Origin: Planctomycetota bacterium
Lineage (GTDB): Bacteria > Planctomycetota > UBA8742 > UBA2392
Assembly: GCA_015075515.1 (NCBI GenBank)
Contig: JABTUE010000002.1
Location: 661,478 to 725,477, forward strand
Direction of reading: 5' to 3'
DNA length: 64,000 bases
Of this stretch, positions 47,201-58,458 are shown one piece after another (the stretch's first letter is position 1; each line of letters starts with the position of its first letter). The position numbers were made by a program, and so were the translations under genes. A model generated the notes under the pieces. It worked only from the letters and a program-made list of their open reading frames with translations. It was not told the DNA's origin and did not search any database.

Positions 47201-49547
47201 CGGGCGGGGCCAGAGCCGTGCCGCTGGCGTTGATGTCGTAGGGGTTCTCGTCCAGATCATCGTTGGCCAGGTGCAGGGCAAAACTGAACGCGCCCGCCGC
47301 CGTCGGCGTCACCGTGGCCTGCATGGTAGTGCTGCCGCCAGGAGCCAGGGGCGTCGCGCCGGGCGGGGTCAACACCACGCCGCAGTTCACAATGCCGTTT
47401 ACGGTAAACGCGCCCAGATTGATGCTGCCGGTGGCCGCCACGTTGCGCACAGTGTAGGTCAGAACCAGCGGCACACCCGCCACGTGCGTGCCCAGGGCGT
47501 CGTTGCCGTTGTCGGCAATGATTGTGCCCGCCGGGCGCTCAATCTGGATTTCGCCGGGCACACCGGTACCGGACACATTCACCGTGTAGCTGGGCACGTC
47601 GGGGTCGTTGCTGGCAAAAACCAGCTGGCACGAAAACGCGCCGGCCGCCAGCGGTGTCACCTGCACCTGAGCGGTCGTGGTTGCCGACGCCGCCAGCAGG
47701 GTACCCGACGGGTTTGTAGTCACGTTGACGCTACAATTGGTCGCGCCGCTGAACGAAAGCGCAGGGTTTCCCAGCAGCAGCCCGGTGCTGCCGATGTTGC
47801 GCAGCGTGTAGGTCAGGGTCTGCGGCGCGCCGGTGGGCACACTGCCCAGGGCTTCCGCGCCACCGGCGGGAATGATCGTGCCGGCCGGGCGCTCTACCTG
47901 AAGCCGTCCCAGAATTTCGCGGTCGCGGTCGGCCATAATCTGCGCCGCGGTGCGCGCATGGGCCCAGAAGCGGAACTCATCCACACGGCCGTCAAACGAC
48001 GTGGGAGTCCCCCCGCCATTTCGCATCACAAAGAGCTGCGCGTTGGCAAATGGAAACGTGTAGTTGATGGACTCAAATGCCTGTGTGCCGTTGGCATACA
48101 CCCGCAGGCCGAACACGCCCGGGTTGGAAACAATGGCAATATGCGTCCAGCCATTGTTGGCCAGGTTCACCCCGGTGGAGATGTCCTGGTCGCCGCCCGC
48201 CGGGCCGCTCTGGATGCGTAGTGTCGCGTTCTGGCGATACACCCGAAACGAGGTTCCGTCGCCGCAGATGGTCGTGGTGGCATTGCCCGATCGCCACACC
48301 CAGAACTCCAGTGTGAACTCCGGGCGCGGCAACTGCGTGCAACTGAAACCGGTGGGAAGGTTCGTGGTGGCCTGGACTGCAGATGCCCCAAGCCGCGCAT
48401 TGGCCGTTGTGGTCCAGGACACTGCGGCAAATGTGGCGGGATTATTCCCCCGGCCCGGCGATGCGTCATTGCGCGTGGTTGTACCTGTACCCTCGTTGAA
48501 CCGGTAATACAGCATCTCCGGTCGGCCCGTGTTCACCATGCCGTTGAACGTGAACGTATACGGGTTGGGCGATCGGTCATTGTTGATGTTCACCGTGAAC
48601 GTGAACTCGGCCTGGGCCGGCGTGACCTGAATCGTGAACGTCGTGGTGGCCCCCGGCGCGATCGTCGAAGGCTGCACCGTAACGTTGGCGGTTGCGCCGG
48701 TGATGCTTCCCAGAGTCACGGGCGTAAAGCTCACGTTGCCGGCGGGGCGCATGTTGCGAATCGTGAACGTGAAGTTTGACGCCACACCCGAGGCCACGTT
48801 CGTAAATCCGGCCAGACCCTGGTGCTTCACAAAGATGTTCGAAGAGTCAAAAACATCTATGTCCTGGGTAAGGAATGACGCGAACCGGTTGGCCTCAAGC
48901 TCGGCCTGGGTGCGCTGAACCGACCACAGCCGGAACTCATCCATTTCACCGCTGTAGGTCGCGGGCGAGGCGCCCTGCCAGTACAGCAGACCCATGGCGT
49001 TGGTGGTGAACGTGTTTGCCATGGTGCCTGTTACGCTGGTCAGACCGGGCGCCGTGGTTCCCCAGTACAAGGTCCAGGCGTTGGTGGCGTTGCGGGTGAC
49101 GGCAACGTAGCGCCAGGTGCCGTCGTTGTTGTTTGTGTTGGTGGACTGAATCGTACCCGCGCTGGTCTGCAACTCGATGCGGCCGTTGTTCAGCCACAGA
49201 CCGAAGTTCACGCTGTCGTTGACGAAGTCCTGATACCCGGTGCCCGTGGTGCGGAACCACAGTTCAATCGTCAGGGCCTGGCCGTTACGTTCGGCCAGCG
49301 AATAGCCCGTGTTCAGGCGCCGGTTCTGGCCAACGTTGTTGACTGCCGCCGGCGGAATCTGTGGCGTTGTGGTGTTCCACAATGGCGCGGCGCTGAAGGC
49401 ACCCTGGTTCCAGCCTTGGCCGGGTATGGCGTGGTTCTTGGCCGCGGCGCCGGATGTTTCGTCGAACTTGTAGTAGATGATCTGCGGCTGCGCGAAGCAG
49501 CCGGCGGCCAGCACCAGACATGACACCAGCAACCAGAGCTTCCGCAT
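41217..49547 (-). CDS. Giant secreted protein (2,776 aa). Architecture: LamG (concanavalin-like) - Ig-like repeat - LamG - ten tandem 116-aa Ig-like (ASH / choice-of-anchor-D-like) repeats - ~100-aa beta domain - ~950-aa C-terminal region of Kelch-type beta-propeller blades.
   Basis: Start ATG 49547 (MRKLWLLVSCLVLAAGCFAQP, a signal peptide). The upstream in-frame extension to 49736 lies in low-GC promoter DNA. LamG motifs: ALTIELWFRTT...EMDEFRLWSVQRTQAE and FTLEFWVWRS...VDEFRFWAHARTAAQI. Repeat consensus: EINVERPAGTTI.DGGSDSV.GTVAG...ITYTIRN.GTATLTLTGRSFANNSNCNVVLGSFSSTSLAPSATATL.VTITPIAAGGWSFDLDIDSDDLDE..YDI.VSGTA. More than 14 Kelch-like blades in the C-terminal region (e.g. RYGHSLVLDAGNNRVLMHGGLGSTYLNDTWALDL; HTLVYDSVLDRAVLFGGLGTTNYNDVWIFDF). 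Confidence 0.85.
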   Translation of the reverse strand: MRKLWLLVSCLVLAAGCFAQPQIIYYKFDETSGAAAKNHAIPGQGWNQGAFSAAPLWNTTTPQIPPAAVNNVGQNRRLNTGYSLAERNGQALTIELWFRTTGTGYQDFVNDSVNFGLWLNNGRIELQTSAGTIQSTNTNNNDGTWRYVAVTRNATNAWTLYWGTTAPGLTSVTGTMANTFTTNAMGLLYWQGASPATYSGEMDEFRLWSVQRTQAELEANRFASFLTQDIDVFDSSNIFVKHQGLAGFTNVASGVASNFTFTIRNMRPAGNVSFTPVTLGSITGATANVTVQPSTIAPGATTTFTIQVTPAQAEFTFTVNINNDRSPNPYTFTFNGMVNTGRPEMLYYRFNEGTGTTTRNDASPGRGNNPATFAAVSWTTTANARLGASAVQATTNLPTGFSCTQLPRPEFTLEFWVWRSGNATTTICGDGTSFRVYRQNATLRIQSGPAGGDQDISTGVNLANNGWTHIAIVSNPGVFGLRVYANGTQAFESINYTFPFANAQLFVMRNGGGTPTSFDGRVDEFRFWAHARTAAQIMADRDREILGRLQVERPAGTIIPAGGAEALGSVPTGAPQTLTYTLRNIGSTGLLLGNPALSFSGATNCSVNVTTNPSGTLLAASATTTAQVQVTPLAAGAFSCQLVFASNDPDVPSYTVNVSGTGVPGEIQIERPAGTIIADNGNDALGTHVAGVPLVLTYTVRNVAATGSINLGAFTVNGIVNCGVVLTPPGATPLAPGGSTTMQATVTPTAAGAFSFALHLANDDLDENPYDINASGTALAPPEINVQRPAGTNIADGGSTAVTGTVAGAGTPVTFTIQNLGGSTLNLTGRSVANLVNCGVALGSFGSSTVAAGGSTTLTVTVTPTAAGAWSFDLDIDSNDSDENPYDIAVSGTALVGGEINVERPAGTTIVDGGSDTVTGTVAGVATIVTYTIRNQGTATLTLTGRNAASLVNCGVGLGSFSSGSLAPGATATLSVSITPVAAGGWSFTLNILSDDLDENPYNIAVSGTATTGAEINVERPSGTTIADGGSDSVSGTVAGAPTVITYTIRNQGSSTLTLTGRSTANEVNCGVALGSFSSTNLAPAATATLAVTITPAAAGFWSFDLDINSNDTDENPYDIFVSGTAAPGGDINVERPAGTTILDGGSDGVTGSIAGAPIVITYTIRNTGPVTLTLTGRSFANNSNCNVVLGSFSSTSLAPSATATLGVTITPIAASGWSFDLDIDSDDLDESPYDIFVSGTAAPGGEINVERPAGTTILDGGSDSVSGTVAGAPTNITYTIRNQGTATLTLTGRSFANNSNCNVVLGSFSSTSLAPSATATLDVTITPIAAGGWSFDLDIDSDDLDEATYDIFVSGTAQVGGEINVERPAGTTILDGGSDTVTGTSAGSATIITYTIRNQGTATLTLTGRNVTSLFNTNVALGAFSSSSLAPAATATLNVAITPLSAGGWSFTLNIFSDDLDEGTYDIAVSGTAVPGGEINVERPAGTTIVDGGSDSVTGTVAGVATLITYTIRNQGTATLTLTGRSFANNSNCNVVLGTFSSTSLAPSATATLNVTITPIAAGAWSFDLDIASDDVDENPYDIAVSGTAAPGGEIDVQRPAGNPIADGGSDSVTGTVSGTPTLITYTIRNFGSADLTLTGRSFANNSNCNVVLGSFSSTNLSPLGTATLDVTITPIAAGGWSFDLDIDSDDLDEATYDIAVSGNALPASSVTGVTVSPDDGGPLRVSATVNGTPLTTIDVVVTYTGGANAGPPVLVWTSTGTISGNTIVGIPANSSLEFVWDAYATERHATDPAYVLTLQPFIGALPGAPGLSPPFALSRDGGWAKHLTPGEQSVPLFGHVAVFDAANDRMVIFGGRKGSIRSNETWVYQRGAAPYWRRIYPAGTTPAGRQYAAAVYDAAGQRMIVFGGFGNSGALNDAWQLSLGAGTETWTQIAAASPGIPAARYGHSLVLDAGNNRVLMHGGLGSTYLNDTWALDLGTSLWGAAAISTGGPGRNGHAAVLDAAGNRMVVYGGHTTAGTQSDVWQMNLTSLAWSAVSTTGTPGARYFSSYLHDTAANRLITCSGYNGSTVRLDGFILDLQGPNQHVWTPLAQDEIAATGRVQGSAVMDPARLEGIFYGGLNVNTQPMTGLSILALGAVPVWTPPASVTAYPAARWGAVMVHDTFHDRLVLWGGKDASSYFGDVWVLDRSVAGAAWQRLSVTGSGPATRVYAAGAYDALNRRLLISGGQDASGVRHADLWSLDLSSATGASWTQHAAGGPAGRIFHTLVYDSVLDRAVLFGGLGTTNYNDVWIFDFAAPGWVQHLPGLSPDVRQGHGAIYDAVRQRMVIFAGRNSLKGLNDVWALDLNPAGAWTNISQVGGTPMNVRSHFAWAANAAATSVWIHSGNGAAADLWHLDLGGTQAAWAPVTLPGGGPGARTSHNAVMDGNDLLVGFGLEAGAGVRDLWRLDVTNPSAGWQLAGAPLQPPGLVHSHVERDAANHRLIAFGGFLAGANDGELWQLDLNAVRPAWARLAVTGPRPGPRRTGTMVYDAAGGRMILYGGRTGIANSTITDEVWALDLTPGSEQWTLLTTSGASPGRRAQHVAVLAGPGRMVIFGGASETGAIQNTTFELNLNTLVWSQIAAANAPLPRLAAAAVYDPAGQRMLLYGGLNGGALGTFHALNLTGAPVWTTLTKTGTAPPSLYYHSMVYDAALHRVLLFGGFGSEAANGLYVLDVATLVWSLTAPPVAQPQRRWGHGAVWDPVGARMVMVGGFIDGEIPAVDSDGFADTWFWGD
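44440..47900. repeat. In-frame DNA tandem array inside the giant gene: ~10 copies of a 348-bp unit. The central copies are near-identical.
   Basis: The same antisense mini-ORF (MSRSNDQPPAAIGVMVT...LRPV.VNVAVPWLRIV) recurs in the track at 44485, 44833, 45181, 45529, 45877, 46225, ~46573 and ~46921. That is an exact 348-bp period (116 aa x 3). The protein repeats 6-9 differ at only a few residues. Confidence 0.85.
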
Positions 49548-49609
49548 ACCGGCCCGTCCCAGCATTATTGGCGTCGCAGGATGCCCGAACACGAAAATGC
49601 AGCAGGCCA

Positions 49610-49700
49610 ATATTCTATACCTGCGGCCCCACCGGCGCCACAATTGCACTGCGCCATTTTGAATTGTTGTCTTGCTATATCGCCTATTTTGCACATAACA
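49610..49700 (-). promoter_or_regulatory. Candidate sigma70-type promoter or promoters and 5' leader of the giant gene, in a low-GC island.
   Basis: On the minus strand: TTGTGG -N18- TATAGAAT (complement of 49613-49644). A second candidate is TTGTTA -N16- TATAGC (complement of ~49670-49700). A 5'-UTR inverted repeat TATTGGC...GCCAATA flanks ~32 nt upstream of the ATG. GC here is far below the window average. Confidence 0.35.
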
Positions 49701-49810
49701 ATACGCACGATGCTGGGGTCCGATAATCCCAAACAACGCCTTCGCCTGCGCGAGGATAGGCCAACCAGGCCAGCGATATGTCGTTTTGACTAGTTTCGGA
49801 TCGCCTGCGC

Positions 49811-51634
49811 GTGGAAAGTCTGTTCACAAAAAGACTTAGGCTTTGCTGGCCAAATTGCCAACACAGGGGGTATCCTTCCGCCGACGGGGGTCTCTTGGAT
49901 TCAGCCCAGCCCAACCCAACCTGGTGCGTTGCCAGCCAGCGCACCGCGGCCGTGAAAGAACTTGCCCAAGCCTTGGGCGTACCCGATTTCTTTGCCCGCG
50001 CGCTGCTGAACCGCGGCGTGCGCGACGCGGATTCCGCGCGGGTTTACCTGTCCGCCAGCACCGCCAGTCTGGAAGACCCGTTCACATTCCGCCACATGGA
50101 GCGCGCCGTGGCCCGCATCCAGCAGGCCCTGGCGCGGGGCGAAAAGATCCTGATCCAGGGCGACTACGACGTGGACGGCAGCACCAGCGCGGCGCTTCTG
50201 GTGAACCTGTTTCGCCTGCTGGGTGCCCAGGCCGAAGTCAGCAGTCCGGTGCGCAGCCAGGACGGTTACGGTCTGAACGAGCGCATCGTGCGCGAGGCCG
50301 CCGCGCGGGGCGTGAACCTGATGATCACCTGCGACAACGGCACCACCGCCCACCGCGAGATCGCGCTGGCCCGCGAACTGGGCATCGAAACCATCGTGAC
50401 CGACCACCATACCGTGGGCGAAACCCTGCCTGACGCCGTGGCGGTGCTTAACCCGCACGTGAAGGAAGAAACCGTGCGCTTTCGGGATCTGTGCGGCGCC
50501 GGCGTGGCATTCAAGCTGGCCTGGGCGGTGCTGCAGCGCGTGGGCGGCGCGCCGAGACTGGAACAGGCGCACCGCGACTTTCTGGCCGGGGCCCAGAGTC
50601 TGGTGGCGCTGGCCAGCGTGGCCGACGTCGTGCCGCTGGTGGCGGACAACCGAGTCTTGACCCGTCAAGGTCTGCGCGCGATGCCCGACAGCCCCAACCC
50701 CGGCATCCGCGCGCTGATGGAAACCAGCGGCCTGCAGGGCGTGCCCAGCGGCACGGATGTGGGGTTCAAACTGGCGCCGCGCATCAATGCCGGCGGCAGG
50801 CTGGGGCGCGAAACGCTGGGGCTGGAACTGCTCACGGCGCGCGGCTACGGCGAAGCCGTGGAACTGGCGCGCCAGATGGACGCCCTGAACCGCCAGCGCC
50901 AGAGCCTGGACCGCGAACTGACGCGCATGGCAGAAGAGATCGTGGCGGCCGACCGCACCTACGAATCAGAGCGCGTGCTGGTTGTAGGACACGACGACTT
51001 CCATGCCGGCGTGGTGGGGATTGTGGCGGCGCGCATTTCGCGCCGGTTCAACAAGCCGGCAGTGCTGGTGGCCACGCGCGACGGCATCGGGCGCGGCAGC
51101 GGCCGCAGCATTCCGGGCTTTCACCTGTACAATGCGCTGAACGAATGCGCGCCGCTGATGCACCGGTTTGGCGGGCACGCGCTGGCGGCCGGGCTGGAAA
51201 TCACGCGCGAGAACCTGGGGCTGCTGCGCCGGCGCGTCAACGAGGTTGCCGAGCGCCACGTGGTGCGGGCCGACTACGCGACGCCGACATTGAACATTGA
51301 CGCCGAAGTCGCGCTGGGCGACCTGGAGGTTCGCGGCGTGCAGGCGCTGACCCAGATGGAGCCCTTTGGCGAAGGAAACCCCGAGCCGGTGTTTGCGTCG
51401 GTTGCGGCCGAAGTCGCCGCGCCGCCCAAGGTGGTGGGGCCGGGCAAGGGCCATTTGCAGATTCTGCTGCGCCAGAACGGGCCGGCGCTGCGCGCGATCG
51501 GGTTTGGCATGGGCGAGCGCGTGGCTCAGTTCAAGCGCGGGGATCGCGTGCGCGTGGCATTCACGCCGCGGATCAGCACATACCGAGGGCCGGCCGAGGT
51601 TGAACTGGAGTTGAAGGATATTCGCGGCCAGTAG
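49811..51634 (+). CDS. recJ: Single-stranded-DNA-specific 5'-3' exonuclease RecJ (DHH/DHHA1).
   Basis: ILIQGDYDVDGSTSAALL (DHH motif I). TCDNGTTAHRE. ITDHHT (DHH). C-terminal DHHA1 region (GGHALAAG) and an OB-fold tail. The true start is probably downstream of ATG 49811, e.g. the in-frame TTG 49895 preceded by GGGGG. The first ~28 codons lie in the low-GC promoter island, and the E. coli RecJ alignment begins ~60 aa before the conserved GDYDxDG. Confidence 0.85.
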   Translation: MESLFTKRLRLCWPNCQHRGYPSADGGLLDSAQPNPTWCVASQRTAAVKELAQALGVPDFFARALLNRGVRDADSARVYLSASTASLEDPFTFRHMERAVARIQQALARGEKILIQGDYDVDGSTSAALLVNLFRLLGAQAEVSSPVRSQDGYGLNERIVREAAARGVNLMITCDNGTTAHREIALARELGIETIVTDHHTVGETLPDAVAVLNPHVKEETVRFRDLCGAGVAFKLAWAVLQRVGGAPRLEQAHRDFLAGAQSLVALASVADVVPLVADNRVLTRQGLRAMPDSPNPGIRALMETSGLQGVPSGTDVGFKLAPRINAGGRLGRETLGLELLTARGYGEAVELARQMDALNRQRQSLDRELTRMAEEIVAADRTYESERVLVVGHDDFHAGVVGIVAARISRRFNKPAVLVATRDGIGRGSGRSIPGFHLYNALNECAPLMHRFGGHALAAGLEITRENLGLLRRRVNEVAERHVVRADYATPTLNIDAEVALGDLEVRGVQALTQMEPFGEGNPEPVFASVAAEVAAPPKVVGPGKGHLQILLRQNGPALRAIGFGMGERVAQFKRGDRVRVAFTPRISTYRGPAEVELELKDIRGQ

Positions 51635-51641
51635 AAACGGA

Positions 51642-51671
51642 CACGGGCCGCAGAGTGATCTGCGGCCCGTG
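51642..51671 (-). terminator. rrn operon terminator hairpin, shared with the convergent recJ.
   Basis: Perfect 12-bp stem cacgggccgcag / ctgcggcccgtg with loop agtgat. It lies immediately 3' of the 5S rRNA. On the minus strand it is followed by a TTTCT run. Confidence 0.6.
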
Positions 51672-51676
51672 CTATA

Positions 51677-51783
51677 ACCCGGCACCGACCTACTTTCGCC
51701 TTTCGACTATCATCGGCCCCAAGGGCTTAACTTCCGAGTTCGGAATGGGATCGGGTGTGACCCCTTGGGTATGGGCACCGAGA
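51677..51783 (-). rRNA. rrf: 5S ribosomal RNA (short, ~107 nt).
   Basis: The minus-strand read CUCGGUGCCCAUACCCAAGGGGUCACACCCGAUCCCAUUCCGAACUCGGAAGUUAAGCCCUUGGGGCCGAUGAUAGUCGAAAGGCGAAAGUAGGUCGGUGCCGGG aligns closely with bacterial 5S (cf. B. subtilis GGUCACACCCGUUCCCAUACCGAACACGGAAGUUAAGC). Helix I pairs with G-U wobbles. Helix IV is shortened. Confidence 0.85.
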
Positions 51784-51944
51784 AAAATTGTCAAGCGGTT
51801 CGCTGACAACAACATACTGCTGGTTGCAGAAGCCAGGGCTTGCGCCCAGAAAATGCGTGATCGCGTACGGCATGTCCTGGAGTGTTGTAACATTCCAACC
51901 ACCCCTGAAGAATCAGAGATTGTTGAGGTCAAGCCGATCGGATG

Positions 51945-54890
<2,946 letters not shown>

Positions 54891-55146
54891 ACCTCCGGAT
54901 CCCTCCGAGGTGTAATTCCCCGCAACCCGGCCGACATTCGGCCGCCGGGCCGCAGAGAGCCAAGACATGTCGTAGCGATACATCGTTTTTCTCTCAGACA
55001 CGCCATGATGTCTCTCGACACATGGTGAATCAGGAGTGACTTCTGCACTTCACAGTATGTTGTTGTCAAAGAACCGTCGGTACCACTGCTCCGGCACCGG
55101 GGGCAGGCCATCACAATGACCTGCCCCCGAAGCCGGCACGCGCGCC

Positions 55147-55221
55147 TGGTGGACCAGAGGGGATTCGAACCCCTGACCCTCGGCTTGCAAAGCCGATGCT
55201 CTACCACTGAGCTACTGGCCC
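55147..55221 (-). tRNA. tRNA-Ala (anticodon UGC) with the G3:U70 wobble. CCA is encoded.
   Basis: GGGCCAG-TA-GCTC-AGTGGTA-GAGC-A-TCGGC-TTTGCAA-GCCGA-GGGTC-AGGGG-TTCGAAT-CCCCT-CTGGTCC-A-CCA. Clean cloverleaf. Located in the 16S-23S spacer. Confidence 0.95.
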
Positions 55222-55254
55222 CCTGTGCCGCAGGGATTTCGGCCAGCGGCAGGG

Positions 55255-55331
55255 TGGTGCGCCGGGGCGGACTCGAACCGCCGACCTCACGCTTATCAGG
55301 CGTGTGCTCTAACCAGCTGAGCTACCGGCGC
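55255..55331 (-). tRNA. tRNA-Ile (anticodon GAU). CCA is encoded.
   Basis: GCGCCGG-TA-GCTC-AGCTGGTTA-GAGC-A-CACGC-CTGATAA-GCGTG-AGGTC-GGCGG-TTCGAGT-CCGCC-CCGGCGC-A-CCA. Perfect cloverleaf, 77 nt. Confidence 0.95.
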
Positions 55332-55510
55332 CCGACTTGCAGCCCCGGAAACTCTGGGCACCTCTGCCTCGCCCCGCGGTCCGCGGCGCGATGCCGCATC
55401 GGGCCGCGGGAAATATCCCCGCGGCCCGGTGCACGCGTATATGTTGAATAGCCAGAACGTGAGGACATGCCTTACGACGGGGCGAATCGCTTCGCACCGA
55501 AGTCTATGTA

Positions 55511-57040
<1,530 letters not shown>

Positions 57041-57694
57041 ATCAACAAAAGATTGATCCAGAGTCACATCAAACTCGGCTGTTTGGGCAAAACACCGAAT
57101 TCACGGTGCTTGCTTGCATACATCGAGGATGTGACCTGATTGTTTGAATCAGCGTCCGTCCGGGCAGGCCCGGCGGACTTCTGCGACGTTTCCATCGCGC
57201 ATTCCCTGACCCCTAAGGGTCGAGGGCGCAGAACCATGCTTCCGGTAATTGCCCACCGTTGTGGTGGCCACCAACACACCCGAAGGGGTCTGCCGGCAGG
57301 GTCATGGACCGTCAACCAGGAAGATCAAGTCCGCCTCACATCCTCGCGTTCTTGGCTATTCAGTTTTCAAAGAGCACATCTTTCAGGCCGCCTTTGGCCG
57401 CCCAAAAAATCACCGGTGCCGATCCCTTTGCAGGGCAGGCACCGGACGCGCGAGGCTCGCAAGCCTCAGGCGTTCAGCGCCCTGCTCCTGTCCCAGGAGA
57501 TTCGGTTGCGCTAACGGCACATTCCTGCTGTGCCGGGCCGCGCAGTGTAACCCGGGGGTTATTGCCGGTCAACCCCGTACCTGCCTGTTTTTTGCCCGTG
57601 CTTCGCTGCGGCCACTGCCGAAACCCGCGCTGTGACGCAACTTCCGGGCTGGTGGGTACTTCGTGCTTCCTTCAACTTCCCCCGAAGGGGACGC

Positions 57695-57765
57695 GAAGGG
57701 TATACACCGTTCGGGCCGCGTCAACGGGTTTCTTGAAAAAATCTTTTCCAAGGCCGCGTCAATGC
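57695..57765 (-). promoter_or_regulatory. Candidate rrn promoter region with a duplicated TTGACGCGGCC box and an intervening A/T-rich tract.
   Basis: Minus strand: TTGACGCGGCCttggaaaagattttttcaagaaacccgTTGACGCGGCCcgaacggtgTATACCc. The proximal TTGACG lies 14-17 nt from a TATAC(C) box. The distal copy and the AAAAGATTTTTT tract resemble an UP or second promoter. It lies ~660 nt upstream of mature 16S. Confidence 0.4.
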
Positions 57766-57811
57766 CCGCCGCCCCTTAACGCTTCGGCGTTTCCCGCTCT
57801 TCCACGGCCGG

Positions 57812-58327
57812 TCAGATCGTCACCAGGCTGACAATCTGTCGCCCCGGCAACTTCTGGCGCCCACCCAGAAACCCCAGCTCAATCACAAACCCCAGTGCAA
57901 CTACCTGCGCCCCAAGCTTTTCCACCAACTGGCACGCGGCGGCGGCCGTGCCGCCCGTGGCCAGCAGGTCGTCTATCACCACCGCGCGCTCGCCACGGGT
58001 TACGCCGTCGGTGTGCATTTCCAGTGTGCCTTCGCCGTACTCCAGCGAATAACTGACGCTGATCTTGTCATAGGGCAGTTTGCCGGGCTTGCGCACCGGT
58101 GAAAACGGCAGATTCATCGCCGCCGCCAGCACGCCGCCGAACAGAAACCCGCGCGATTCAATGCCCACGATGCGCGTGGGCTTGAGCGGCTCCAGCGTCT
58201 GCTCGAACGCGCCGGTAATGCGCGCCATCGCCGCCGGGTCACCCAGGATCGGCGTGATGTCCTTGAAGATGATGCCCTTCTTGGGAAAGTCCGGAATGTC
58301 GCGGATCAGGTGCTTGATGGATTCCAT
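57812..58327 (-). CDS. apt: Adenine phosphoribosyltransferase.
   Basis: Start ATG 58327 (MESIKHLIRDIPDFPKKGIIFKDITPILGDP...). PRPP-binding motif VVIDDLLATGGT. 171 aa. The longer track ORF start at 58444 is a non-coding-like extension. Confidence 0.9.
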   Translation of the reverse strand: MESIKHLIRDIPDFPKKGIIFKDITPILGDPAAMARITGAFEQTLEPLKPTRIVGIESRGFLFGGVLAAAMNLPFSPVRKPGKLPYDKISVSYSLEYGEGTLEMHTDGVTRGERAVVIDDLLATGGTAAAACQLVEKLGAQVVALGFVIELGFLGGRQKLPGRQIVSLVTI

Positions 58328-58458
58328 GGCCGCTCCTTTGCGCCGCGCACAATAGTCAGGCCGCGAAAAAGCGAAACCGCGAACCCGGCGCACGCAACAC
58401 CTTTGCTTTTGCACGCGCTTCCCTTGCGCTGGCGCCTGAATCAACCGAAAAGACGGGC

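Noticed and set aside
44440-47900. Possibility that the evenly spaced repeats are a CRISPR array.
   Set aside because: The units are 348 bp with no short repeat/unique-spacer structure. They lie in-frame inside a protein-coding gene and encode Ig-like domains. There is no leader and no cas genes.
49548-49736. In-frame N-terminal extension of the giant gene (MFGIIGPQHRAYCYVQNRRY...).
   Set aside because: It lies in the low-GC promoter island and has odd composition. The internal ATG 49547 is followed by a canonical signal peptide.
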